A DNA stretch of 64,000 nucleotides from Candidatus Krumholzibacteriia bacterium (GTDB lineage Bacteria; Krumholzibacteriota; Krumholzibacteriia; JAJRXK01): positions 64,001 through 128,000 of the forward strand of contig JBGPIA010000011.1 of assembly GCA_041484665.1 (NCBI GenBank), read 5' to 3'. The translations under genes and the position numbers were made by a program. Each line of letters starts with the position of its first letter. Positions within the stretch are counted from its first letter, which is position 1. Under the pieces are notes generated by a model. That model did no database searches, was not told the origin of the DNA, and saw only the letters and a program-made list of their open reading frames with translations. This document shows, piece after piece, positions 17,036 through 26,041 of the stretch.

Positions 17036-18652
17036 ATGAGGTGGCCCCTGGGCCGCGTCGGGACGGCCGGCGTGTTGACCGCGGCAGCCGTGGTCGTCCC
17101 GTGCGCCGCGTGGTTCGTCGCCGGCTCGCACGCCGCGAGCCACGAAGCCCAGCGTATCGCGGCAGAGCCGCGCGCGTGGGCCCAGAAGGTGGCCGAGGCG
17201 ATGGCCGAGCGCATGGGGGCGCGCCTGGAGACCATCCGCGAGACCGAGAGCCGCCGCCCCTTCTATCATTATCGCCCGCTCTTCCACGATCCGACCAGCA
17301 CGTGCGAGTGCGCGTCGGTGACGCCGTCACCGCTCGCCGCCGGGCCGGTCGACCCGTTGATCTGGACCCACTTCGAGGTCGACGCAAAGGGCGCGCTGAC
17401 GTTGCCCTCAGCCCATCTGGCGGTGTACGACGACGCTTGCCGCAGCTGGGTCGACGATCCGTCCGAGATCCTGGCGCAGCTGCGGCCAATCGCGGCCACG
17501 CTGAGCAGCGCCGCGGCGCAGGCCGCGCGCAACCTCGACTCGCGCGGCTACGTGGAGGCGCCCTGGACCGAAAACGGCGCGAGTGACGTGGCCTGGGTGG
17601 GACCGCTCACCTGGCACACGATCACCGTGGCCGGCGAGCCGACGCTGGTGGCCGTACGCGAGGTGCGCACGCCCCCGGGCGACCTCGTCCAGGGCCTGGT
17701 GATCGCGCGGACATCGGTCGCTGACGCCGTGCGTGGCGCGGCGCTGCCGGCGCGCTTCGTGCACGGCGACCAGCCGTTGGCGAGCGAGGCCGCCGTGGAA
17801 ATCGCCGGGCTGGATTGGCAGATCCTGGCCGATGCGGCCGCCGAGATCGCGCAGGCGACCCAGCGCGCCCGCCAGGTGCAGGCGCGCTTCCTGCACCTGT
17901 TCGTCGGCGCCGCCTCGACGGCGGCGCTGGCCGGTCTGTTCGTGGTCGGCCTGGTGTGGAAGACCGAGCGGCTGGCCCGTCAGCGCTCCCAATTCGCTGC
18001 CTCGGCGGCCCACGAGCTGCGCACGCCGCTGGCGGGGTTGCGGTTGTACAGCGAGATGCTCGCCGAGGGAATGGGCGACGGGCAGAAGTCGCGGGAGTAC
18101 GCCCGCCGTGTGGCCGAAGAGGCGGAGCGCCTGGGGCGTGTCGTCACCAATGTGCTCGGCTACACGCGCCTGGAGCGCGGCTCGCTGGGCGTGCGGCCGC
18201 AGCAAGGCGACCTGGCGGCGGCGGTCGGTGACAGCGTGCGCCGCATGCAGCCCGCCCTCGAGGCAGCGGGGGCGAGGCTGCGCGTGCAGCTCGCCGACGC
18301 TCTGCCGCCTGTGGCATTCGATGTGGACGCCCTCTTCCATATCGTGCAGAACCTCGTGGACAACGCCGAGAAATTCACGCGCGGCGCGGTCGACCGCAGC
18401 ATCGATGTGGCGCTCACCCACGACGGCGCCAGCGTGCGGCTGTCCGTGCGCGACCATGGCCCAGGCGTGCCGGCGGCGCTGCGGCACCGGTTGTTCCAGC
18501 CCTTCGCTCGCACCGAGGATCCCGACGCCCCGCCGGGCCTGGGGCTGGGGCTGACGCTCGTGCAGCGTCTCAGCCGCGCGCAGAACGCCAGTGTGAGCTG
18601 CGAGAACGCCCCGGGTGGGGGCGCGCTGTTCGTGGTGACGTTTCCCGTGTAG
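17036..18652 (+). CDS. Membrane sensor histidine kinase
   Basis: Two TM segments flanking a periplasmic domain; H-box AAHELRTPL, N-box NLVDNAEKF, G-boxes DHGPG and GLGLGL. Confidence 0.93.
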   Translation: MRWPLGRVGTAGVLTAAAVVVPCAAWFVAGSHAASHEAQRIAAEPRAWAQKVAEAMAERMGARLETIRETESRRPFYHYRPLFHDPTSTCECASVTPSPLAAGPVDPLIWTHFEVDAKGALTLPSAHLAVYDDACRSWVDDPSEILAQLRPIAATLSSAAAQAARNLDSRGYVEAPWTENGASDVAWVGPLTWHTITVAGEPTLVAVREVRTPPGDLVQGLVIARTSVADAVRGAALPARFVHGDQPLASEAAVEIAGLDWQILADAAAEIAQATQRARQVQARFLHLFVGAASTAALAGLFVVGLVWKTERLARQRSQFAASAAHELRTPLAGLRLYSEMLAEGMGDGQKSREYARRVAEEAERLGRVVTNVLGYTRLERGSLGVRPQQGDLAAAVGDSVRRMQPALEAAGARLRVQLADALPPVAFDVDALFHIVQNLVDNAEKFTRGAVDRSIDVALTHDGASVRLSVRDHGPGVPAALRHRLFQPFARTEDPDAPPGLGLGLTLVQRLSRAQNASVSCENAPGGGALFVVTFPV

Positions 18653-18684
18653 GGGTGCCCGGCGCGCAGCGCCGCAATCGCCCT

Positions 18685-18790
18685 GTGCCGCCCCGTCGCC
18701 CCGTGCCGCACCCTCGGTCCGCGCCGTCGCGCCGTGCCGCCCCGTCGCCCCGTGCCGCACCCTCGGCCCGCGCCGTCGCGCCGTGCCGCC
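18685..18790. repeat. About 2.2 tandem copies of a 49-bp GC-rich unit, intergenic
   Basis: gtgccgccccgtcgccccgtgccgcaccctcgg(t/c)ccgcgccgtcgcgcc starts at 18685, 18734 and (partial) 18783. Confidence 0.75.
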
Positions 18791-18839
18791 GGTCCGTTCA
18801 CTCGGTCAGTCCTGTCGCGCTGCGCTCTCGCTCCATCCA

Positions 18840-18891
18840 GTCTTTACCTCCCTTTGACGGCGCGCCACCGTCTTTACCGCCATTTGACGGC
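18840..18891 (+). promoter_or_regulatory. Two 22-bp direct repeats (30-bp period), each holding TTTAC-N6-TTGAC; candidate OmpR-family operator
   Basis: gtctttacctccctttgacggc at 18840 and gtctttaccgccatttgacggc at 18870. Confidence 0.6.
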
Positions 18892-19017
18892 AGATCGCCG
18901 CGATCCGTCCGATGCTCTCTGTGCGCCCGCCCCACGGCGGAACACGCGCATGCGAGGCGCGCACTCCACGATGGAGGGCGTGCACTCCAGAGGTCCCATC
19001 GAACAGGAGAGTGCTTC

Positions 19018-20064
19018 ATGGACAAGGTCATGGTTTCCAGAATGCGCGGGGGTCTCGTACGGCCTCTGGCGCTCGCGATCGCGGCCGGCGCGGCGCTGGC
19101 GGTTTGCGGGGTGCTGACGGTCGCAGTGACGCTGGCCGCGGACGGAGCAGCCGCCGCGCAATCCCCGTGCGGCGAGGGCTCCACAGACCCGGCAGCGCAG
19201 ACCCGGACTCTGACGCTGCTCTTCCACGGCGGCGTACAGGGCAAGATTCTCGATTGCGGCTGCAAGGCCAAGCCGCTGGGCGGGCTGGCCCGCCGCGCGG
19301 CACTGATCGAGAAGGTGCGCGGCGCCAGCAAAGAGAACAGCGTCGTGTTGGTGGACGCGGGCGGCCTGTTCGGCGAGGACTCGCCCCAGATGCGGGCACA
19401 GACGGACCTCCTCATCCACGAGACCGCGAAGCTGGGCTACCAGGCGATCGGCGTGGGCGCATCCGACCTCGGACTGGGAGTCGACTACCTGGAGCGGGCA
19501 CGCGCGGTCGGCGGGCTGCCGTTCACCAGCGCCAATCTCACCCGGGGAGGGCAGCCCTTGCTCGCCCCCTACCTCGTGCTCCAGAGCGGGGGGACGCGCG
19601 TCGGTGTCATCTGCGTGCTCGGCACCTCCGCGCGGCCCGCGCCGGGGCAGGCCGCCGGCGAGGCCGTGGCGATCGGGGACCCGGCGGAGGCGTTGCAGCG
19701 TTACCTGCCCGAGCTGCGCGCGAAGTCCGACCTGATCGTGCTGCTCTCCCAGCTGCCGGCCGAGGGGCTGACGAGGCTGCTCACGACACTTGGATCGCAG
19801 TCGGGGATCGCGGTGGCCGTGGACGGGACCTCGTACCAACCGACCCGCACGCCCCGTCAGGTCGCTTGCACGACCGTGCTGAGCGCCAACAGCCAGGGGA
19901 AGTATCTCGGGGAGGCCACGCTGACCTTGGCCGGCGCCGCGCTCGCGGGCACGCCTTCGACCACCGTGCACGAGCTGACGCTCGACCTGCCCGAGAACCC
20001 GCAGATCGCCAGCCGGGTCCACGCATTCGTCGAGCAGCAGAAGGTTGTGGCCGCCAGCCACTGA
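19018..20064 (+). CDS. Exported UshA/5'-nucleotidase N-terminal-like protein with CGC motif (Cys form of the UshA-like selenoprotein type), 348 aa
   Basis: AGGAG RBS; signal peptide; ILDCGCKAKPLGGLARRA, VLVDAGG, FTSANL, DLIVLLS, QGKYLG. No C-terminal nucleotidase domain. Confidence 0.78.
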   Translation: MDKVMVSRMRGGLVRPLALAIAAGAALAVCGVLTVAVTLAADGAAAAQSPCGEGSTDPAAQTRTLTLLFHGGVQGKILDCGCKAKPLGGLARRAALIEKVRGASKENSVVLVDAGGLFGEDSPQMRAQTDLLIHETAKLGYQAIGVGASDLGLGVDYLERARAVGGLPFTSANLTRGGQPLLAPYLVLQSGGTRVGVICVLGTSARPAPGQAAGEAVAIGDPAEALQRYLPELRAKSDLIVLLSQLPAEGLTRLLTTLGSQSGIAVAVDGTSYQPTRTPRQVACTTVLSANSQGKYLGEATLTLAGAALAGTPSTTVHELTLDLPENPQIASRVHAFVEQQKVVAASH

Positions 20065-20382
20065 GACCTGCCGAGCGGGCGCGCGTCGTCGGCCGGCGCC
20101 CCGGCCTCAGCCGCAAGACGGGCGCCGGAGGTGGACCCGGCGCAGGGGCCTGGAGCGGGCAGCTCCAGGCCTCGCTGCGCTCGCGCAACGTCACATTTTC
20201 AGTGTGCACAACCCCCTTGACCTGGGAGCGCCGCCGCACCTTCGTTCACGCGCCGGCCCGGCCCGCCTGCCTTTCCGGGGGGCCGACGCGCTGACCGTTC
20301 GAGCGGCGTAGCGCGCGGGGGGCGAGGCGGGGGCTTGGCGCGGGCGCAGACGCGCGGGCGGCTTCCCGGGCCGTGCGCCGGA

Positions 20383-21210
20383 TCAGCGGCGAACGGCGAT
20401 GATCTCCAGCACGCCGGGTGTGATCATGAGCGTATGCGGCGCGGCCTCCGCGGCGGCGATCGCCCGCGCGATCCCAGCGGCGCGGTCGCGGCCCAGCTGG
20501 CCCAGGTCGACCAGCCGTTGCAGACCCACCTCAATGAATGCCTTGGGCCACTGCCACACGAAGCTCGAAGCCGGCACGATGTCGATGAGTGGGCGCAACT
20601 CCCGCAGCGTAAACCCGAGCTCTGCTAGCCACACCGGCAGATCCAGCGCGATGTCGGGCTCGCCGCCGCTGGCGCGCCAGCTCTCCATGACGACCGCCAC
20701 GAACTCCTCCAGCTCCGGGGACCGGGGCGCCATCCGCCACGTGCGGTAATCGAAGTACTCGTGGACGACGAGCACGCCGCCGCGTCTCAGTGTGCCGCCG
20801 ACCCGCGCGAGCAGGTGGCGCGGATGCTTGACGAAGGCAAACACCCAGCGCGACCACGCGCCGTCAGCGCTCGCGGCGGGCAGCTCCGCCTCGTCCAGAT
20901 CGAGCTCACAGGTTTCGATCGTGTCGATGCCGCGCTGCTTGCACGTGGCATCGAGCGTGTCGAGAAAGCGTCGGGATCGGTCGATGGCCACGATCCGCCC
21001 TGACGGTCCGACGATTTCCGCCAGGTCGAGGGACGCGTACCCCGGGCCGCATCCGATGTCGAGCAGGGTCTGGCCCGCCGTGAAGCCCGCGCGCCGCCAC
21101 GCGTCCAGCGCGCGCGGCCTCCAGACACGGTGCTGCAGGCCCAGACGCGCGATCTCGTCATCGTGCGTGCCCAGGACGTAGTCCTTCTCTTCGCTTTTCG
21201 TGTCGCTCAT
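20383..21210 (-). CDS. Class I SAM-dependent methyltransferase
   Basis: DYVLGTHDDEIARL, LLDIGCGPG, LRRGGVLVVHEY. Alternative GTG start at 21231. Confidence 0.9.
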   Translation of the reverse strand: MSDTKSEEKDYVLGTHDDEIARLGLQHRVWRPRALDAWRRAGFTAGQTLLDIGCGPGYASLDLAEIVGPSGRIVAIDRSRRFLDTLDATCKQRGIDTIETCELDLDEAELPAASADGAWSRWVFAFVKHPRHLLARVGGTLRRGGVLVVHEYFDYRTWRMAPRSPELEEFVAVVMESWRASGGEPDIALDLPVWLAELGFTLRELRPLIDIVPASSFVWQWPKAFIEVGLQRLVDLGQLGRDRAAGIARAIAAAEAAPHTLMITPGVLEIIAVRR

Positions 21211-21492
21211 GGCTTTGGCCGGCTTGTTCACGGTGCTGGTGGCGATGGGGCGGCGGTCGCGGTAGCCGCAGCCTTCGGACCCGCCGCAGCGGTCGCGATG
21301 GCCGCGCTAGCCGCCATGGTGCACGCCCAGCGACCGGACGCCCCATCTGCCAGCAGAATGCGCTCCCCGCGACAGTGTACTCCGTCCGGGTGGCGGCTCC
21401 CTGGCCGTTTGCGGACGTCGCAGTCACGCCCACCGACAGGCGCCCCAGCTGCAGCTTGACGGGGGCGCCGGTGCTCAGGCAGCCTGTCCGCC

Positions 21493-21825
21493 ATGACGCG
21501 AACCGACGTTCTTGGGGCCCGCACTGAAGCCACGATCTGGCTTTCGGCCATCGGTATCGTGGGCGCGATCAGCGCGACGCTGCTGCCCGGCTGCGGCGGC
21601 AAGCTGCCCGAGCCAGAGAGCCGCCCCGCCCAGCTCTACGTGCAGTACTGCTCCGGACGCGGCTGCCACAGCCCGATCCCGCCCCAGAGCGATGTCGCCA
21701 ACAAGTGGAAGCTGCAGACCGACCGCATGCTCGCTCTCATGCGCGAGCGCGGTGCCCCGCTGCCGTCTCCGGAGGAGGAGCAGGAGATCCGGGAGTACCT
21801 GCGCAAGCACGCGTTGAAGCCCTGA
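21493..21825 (+). CDS. Small lipoprotein, probable monoheme cytochrome c with atypical CX4CH motif
   Basis: Lipobox LPG-C; LYVQYCSGRGCHSP; W...(D)RM...M; EEEQEIREYLRKHA C-terminal helix typical of class I cytochromes c. Confidence 0.65.
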   Translation: MTRTDVLGARTEATIWLSAIGIVGAISATLLPGCGGKLPEPESRPAQLYVQYCSGRGCHSPIPPQSDVANKWKLQTDRMLALMRERGAPLPSPEEEQEIREYLRKHALKP

Positions 21826-21914
21826 GGGTCGGGCGCCGCGGGCCGCCTTCGGTCGCGATCCCGCCGGCGAAGACGCAGACGCGGGGCCACAGGCGGCGAT
21901 GGGGCCGAGCTGGA

Positions 21915-22352
21915 TTACGAGAGGGAGGGCAGCCCAGCGACCGGAAAGCCTTCCCGTGTGGCCGCCTCTGCCAGTCGTTCATCGAGGGTGACGAACGGCA
22001 GATCCGGTGGCCGTTCGCGGGAGGCGACGAGCGCTGCGGCAAGCTGAAGCGCATCTGCCGCACGCAGGGCGTGAAGGCCCAAGACGCGCAGCGCGCGATC
22101 AGCGACCAGGTCCAGCGTGATGACCTGACTCATGCTCGAGAACAGCAGGGATGCACGATTGCGCGCCGCGGACAGGTCCGCCGTCCCCAGGCGTCCCGCG
22201 CGATGGCTGCGCGCGAGGGCAGAATGGACTTCGACACGTGACAGCTCCCAGGTGATGCCCACGGAATCGCTGCGCAGGAGGTCCAGGGCCCAGGTCGTCT
22301 GCGCCTCGAGGACCAGCAGCGGAACGATCGCGGAGCTGTCCCAATACCTCAT
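21915..22352 (-). CDS. vapC: VapC family PIN-domain toxin
   Basis: YWDSSAIVPL, RVEVHSAL, LRAADALQLAAA, FVTLDERL. Confidence 0.92.
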   Translation of the reverse strand: MRYWDSSAIVPLLVLEAQTTWALDLLRSDSVGITWELSRVEVHSALARSHRAGRLGTADLSAARNRASLLFSSMSQVITLDLVADRALRVLGLHALRAADALQLAAALVASRERPPDLPFVTLDERLAEAATREGFPVAGLPSLS

Positions 22353-22651
22353 CGTCCCGACTCCCGCTCCTGCAGCAGCGCGGCGAGCACCCCTGCCCCC
22401 TGACCGGGTGGCGGCTCGTCACGCAGCTCGCGCGGGAGGCGACCGGTTCCTGGACGGACCAAGCCGTCACGCTCGAGCACGACGAGTCGCTCCGCATCGG
22501 TTGCTGTGAACCCACCGGCGCGGCTGCCGATCGGAACAATCTCCGCGATGGGTTTGTCGCGGTCGAAGATGAGAACGCGACCGCCGGACCGGACGTGGTC
22601 GAGGTACTGGCTCAAGCGGTCCCGCAACTCGGATATATTGGCTCTTTTCAT
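22349..22651 (-). CDS. Phd/YefM family antitoxin
   Basis: MKRANISELRDRLSQYLDHVRSGGRVLIFDRDKPIAEIVP; ATGA overlap with the toxin. Confidence 0.9.
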   Translation of the reverse strand: MKRANISELRDRLSQYLDHVRSGGRVLIFDRDKPIAEIVPIGSRAGGFTATDAERLVVLERDGLVRPGTGRLPRELRDEPPPGQGAGVLAALLQERESGR

Positions 22652-22657
22652 GACGCC

Positions 22658-22686
22658 ATTATAGCCATATCCAGTCCGGCCCGCAA
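22658..22686 (-). promoter_or_regulatory. Sigma70 promoter of the Phd-VapC operon (probably leaderless)
   Basis: Minus strand TTGCGG-17 nt-TATAAT, 6 nt before the ATG; no SD sequence. Confidence 0.7.
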
Positions 22687-22718
22687 GGGTTGGAGGCCGG
22701 AGCCCGCGGTCCGCGTCC

Positions 22719-23663
22719 CTAGCGGCGATTGCCTGCCCGCTGCACCATCGCCACCCCCGTCAGGACCAACATGCCGCCCGCCACGATCGCGCCGCGGACT
22801 GCCTCGCCCAGCACGACGGCCGCCGCCGCCACCGTCACCAGCGGCTCGATGTACAGGAAGGCGGCCACGCGTGAGGCCTCGATGCGCTCCAGCGCACCGT
22901 ACCAGAAGAGATAGCCGAGCCCGGAGCAGCCAATGCCCAGGAACAGTAGCGCCGCGATCCCGCCACCGGTGAGCCCGCCGTACTCCTGCCAGCCCCGGCG
23001 CCACACGAACAGCGGAACGAGCATGAGCCAGCCCAGCAGCATTGCCCCCGCAGTGGCGCGGCGGCTCCCGAGCTTGCGCAGCGTGGGATGGCCAAGCGTA
23101 GTGTAGATGGCCCAGTTGACGTTGCTGGCCATGACCAGCAGGTCGCCACGCGTGGACGGCAGGGCGAGCACGCCCTGGCCCACACGCCCCTGCGTGACGA
23201 CCAGGATAGCGCCCGCGCAGCCGACCACCAGGCCCGCGGCCTTGGCGCGACCGAAGCGCTCGCGGAGGAAGAGACCCGCCAGCAAGGCCGTCCAGATCGG
23301 CGTCAGCCCGACCAACCAGCCGGCATGCACCGCGCTGGTGAGCGTCAGGCCGTGGACCTGGAGCATCTGGTGGGCGAACACGCCCACCAGGCCCATGAGC
23401 GCCAGCGCGCCCCAGTCGGCGCGTGGCGGCAGCGCCGGCTCGCCGCGCAGCGCGAGCATGAGCTGCAGGAGCAGCGTTCCCAGCGCGAAGCGCGAAAAGA
23501 TCAACGTCACCGGCGAAAGCTCACGCAGGACGACCTTGGTCGCCACGAACGAGATCCCCCACATGAGGATTGCGATGAGAGCGCCGGCGCGCGGCGCGAG
23601 CCACGACCGACCCCGACCGTTGCGCATCGCGTCCGCGGGCGATTGGGCAGTGGGCGCGGTCAC
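22719..23663 (-). CDS. DMT/EamA family transporter
   Basis: MWGISFVATK, RFALG, LTPIWTALLA..FLRE, FLYIEPLV; 10-TM duplicated pattern. Confidence 0.92.
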   Translation of the reverse strand: MTAPTAQSPADAMRNGRGRSWLAPRAGALIAILMWGISFVATKVVLRELSPVTLIFSRFALGTLLLQLMLALRGEPALPPRADWGALALMGLVGVFAHQMLQVHGLTLTSAVHAGWLVGLTPIWTALLAGLFLRERFGRAKAAGLVVGCAGAILVVTQGRVGQGVLALPSTRGDLLVMASNVNWAIYTTLGHPTLRKLGSRRATAGAMLLGWLMLVPLFVWRRGWQEYGGLTGGGIAALLFLGIGCSGLGYLFWYGALERIEASRVAAFLYIEPLVTVAAAAVVLGEAVRGAIVAGGMLVLTGVAMVQRAGNRR

Positions 23664-24496
23664 CGGGCGCGGCGACGCGCCGCGGTGCCGGGGCCGTCTG
23701 CCTGCGCGCGCGGAACGTCGACCTCGATCTCACCCCGCAGGTACTCGACCGCGCGTCCGCTGATCGTTACCCGGTCACCGCGGTCCTCGCAGAACAGCTC
23801 GCCGCCGCGCGCGGAGATCTGCAAGCCACGCAGCGTCTTGCGCGAGAGCCGCGCCGACCAGAACGGGATGAGCGTGCAGTGTGCAGCTCCGGTCACCGGG
23901 TCCTCGTTGATTCCGGCCTTGGGGGCGAAGAAGCGCGATACGAAGTCGGCGTCCTTGCCCGGCGCGGTGGCGATCACGGCAAACGCATCCAGCGCCAGCA
24001 TCCGGTCGAAGCGCGGCCGCAGCGCGGCGATCTGCTCCTGCGTGTCGAACAAGACCAGCAGATCGCGCGCCGCGTGCACCTCGCGCGGCCGGGCGCCGAG
24101 TGCTTCCACGAGCTCCTCGCTGCCGGCGGCCGGCTGCGGCGGACGTGCGGGGAAATCCATGCGCAGTAGCTCTGCGTCGCGCTCGACGAGCAGCGGACCG
24201 CTGAGCGTCTCGAAGCGGGCGCGATCGCCGCGCACGCGGCCCTCGCGGAACAGGACGAAGGCCGTGGCCAGTGTCGCATGGCCGCAGAGGTCGACTTCCA
24301 TCGTCGGCGTAAACCAGCGCAGTCCGAAGCCATCCTTGCCGGGCAGCACGAACGCGGTCTCCGAGAGGTTGTTCTCTGCGGCGATGGCCTGCATGACGTC
24401 CTCGGGCAGCGGCTGTTCGAGCAGCACGACCGCGGCCGGATTGCCGCCGAACACGCGGCTGGTGAAGGCATCGACCTGGTAGAGCGGCAGTTTCAT
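23660..24496 (-). CDS. PhzF family isomerase
   Basis: MKLPLYQVDAFT...GGNPAAV, NNLSETAF, EVDLCGHATLA, EDPVTGAAH. Confidence 0.93.
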   Translation of the reverse strand: MKLPLYQVDAFTSRVFGGNPAAVVLLEQPLPEDVMQAIAAENNLSETAFVLPGKDGFGLRWFTPTMEVDLCGHATLATAFVLFREGRVRGDRARFETLSGPLLVERDAELLRMDFPARPPQPAAGSEELVEALGARPREVHAARDLLVLFDTQEQIAALRPRFDRMLALDAFAVIATAPGKDADFVSRFFAPKAGINEDPVTGAAHCTLIPFWSARLSRKTLRGLQISARGGELFCEDRGDRVTISGRAVEYLRGEIEVDVPRAQADGPGTAARRRAR

Positions 24497-25211
24497 CTCG
24501 GTCCTTCCTGGGGCGCCGAACAAGCCTCGACGACCAGCGGCTGTGCCGCGGGAGGCTTCGTCTTCCGCGGCGGCTTCAAGGTGGCCAGCACGCCCCCGCC
24601 GAGCTCCTCCAGACGCCAGTGGATCTGCGAGTCGCGTGTGTCCCGCGCGAGCGACGTAATGGCATCGAGCAGATCGAGCACCGACTGGTCGGCTGTCAGT
24701 TCGAATCGCCGGGCAATCTCGGAAACCAGTCCGGACTGCCCCATGGCGCTCCGCCGCACCTCGAGCTCGAGCGTCTGGATTTGTGGAGGGGAGAGTGTGT
24801 GGCTGCCGTCTGCATCTGCTCCGGGCCGCGCGCGAACGTCTCGTGCTCGGCGCACGTGCTGATGGACTCGCGCAGGCGCCTACGAATCTCGGCGACCTCG
24901 CCTGGGGCAATCCCGCCAGCGGAGGGCGCGATGCGCTCCCTCCGGATGTGGCGTGTCGCCAGCAAACCATCCGCGCACTCTTGACGAAGGATGTACGGGC
25001 AAACGAAAACCCATCTGCCAATGGCTGTCAGCGCGACACCGCCGCGGATGATCTTGCCCGGCCGCACTTGCGCGAACCATGTCAGGGTCGAACGCAGGTA
25101 CAGGTGCTCGCCGTCATCGTAGCGATCGTAGATCGTGCCTCCGAGCGCTGCCATCTCGCGGGTGAACAGCCCCGTGATCTCCCCATTCGTCGGAATGGAT
25201 TCGACGCACAT
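24493..25211 (-). pseudogene. Frameshifted hypothetical gene (DUF932-like), split over two overlapping ORFs
   Basis: ORF 25211-24696 is protein-like up to about QMQTAA (VCPYILRQECADG). ORF 24855-24493 is protein-like in its later part (AITSLARDTRDSQIHWRLEELGGG) and its stop overlaps the PhzF ATG. GGAGG RBS precedes 25211. Shift near 24760-24800. Confidence 0.55.
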
Positions 25212-25342
25212 GCGACCTCCCCTCTCAAGTGTGGGCTGCCTCGCACGCCGCCCCCGTGGAGCCGTTGCCCAAAGTGGGGGGAGTGTAGCGCGGATCGCAT
25301 GCGCCGTGCGCGGGCCACCGCGGGCGCGCCGTAAAGGGAGTC

Positions 25343-26041
25343 TCAGACGAGCGGGAGCGCGAGCCGGTCGAGCACGCGCGTCATCAGCCCGGCGCTGGCC
25401 GAGAACCGATCCGGCCGGGCGAGCATCTCATCAGCGGGCTGCACCCATGGGCCGGAGGCGAGATCGTCCTGCCCGTGCTCGAGCATGGCCCGCACACCGT
25501 CCGCGGTCGTCTCGAGGTGGAACTGCAGCCCAACGACGCGGTCTGCGAGCGCGAACGCCTGATGGGCGCAGGCAGCGCTGCTCGCCAGATGCACGGCGCC
25601 CACGGGCAGCTCGAACGTCTCGCCGTGCCAGTGGAACGGCTCGAACCGGGGTGGCAGCACCCCGGCGAGGGGATGGCGGTCCGGATTGGCCGCGCGTTCG
25701 GCCGCAAACCAGCCGATCTCGCGCTCGCCGTTACGGAAGACGCGCGCGCCCGCGGTCGCGGCCAACAGTTGAGCGCCGAGGCAGATCCCCAGGACAGTCT
25801 TGCCGCGCTCGACGGCCTGGGCGATGAAGCGCTTCTCGCCGCGCAGCCAGGGCAGCGTCGTTTCGTCGTTGGCGCTCATCGGTCCGCCCATGATGATCAG
25901 CCAGTCCACTGCGGCGGGATCGGTCAGGCGGACATCGCGCCAGAAATCGGTCGTTGTGACCCGGGCGCCGCGGGCGGCGAGCCAATCCCCGATGCTTCCG
26001 GGCCCTTCGAAGGGGACGTGCTGCAGGATGTTGACGTGCAT
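25343..26041 (-). CDS. Type 1 glutamine amidotransferase-like protein
   Basis: LQHVPFEGPG, IMGGPMS, LGICLGAQL, HWHGETF, LQFHLE (Cys-His-Glu triad). Confidence 0.92.
   Translation of the reverse strand: MHVNILQHVPFEGPGSIGDWLAARGARVTTTDFWRDVRLTDPAAVDWLIIMGGPMSANDETTLPWLRGEKRFIAQAVERGKTVLGICLGAQLLAATAGARVFRNGEREIGWFAAERAANPDRHPLAGVLPPRFEPFHWHGETFELPVGAVHLASSAACAHQAFALADRVVGLQFHLETTADGVRAMLEHGQDDLASGPWVQPADEMLARPDRFSASAGLMTRVLDRLALPLV

Noticed and set aside
18685..18891. Short intergenic repeats as a mini-CRISPR
   Set aside because: The 49-bp units are head-to-tail without spacers, and the 22-bp pair is only 8 nt apart.
1..22651. Mobile element or prophage implied by two TA modules
   Set aside because: No integrase, transposase, phage gene, terminal repeat or tRNA target is visible in the window.
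24760..24810. Programmed ribosomal frameshift
   Set aside because: No X-XXY-YYZ slippery heptamer is visible; a mutation or sequencing error is more likely.
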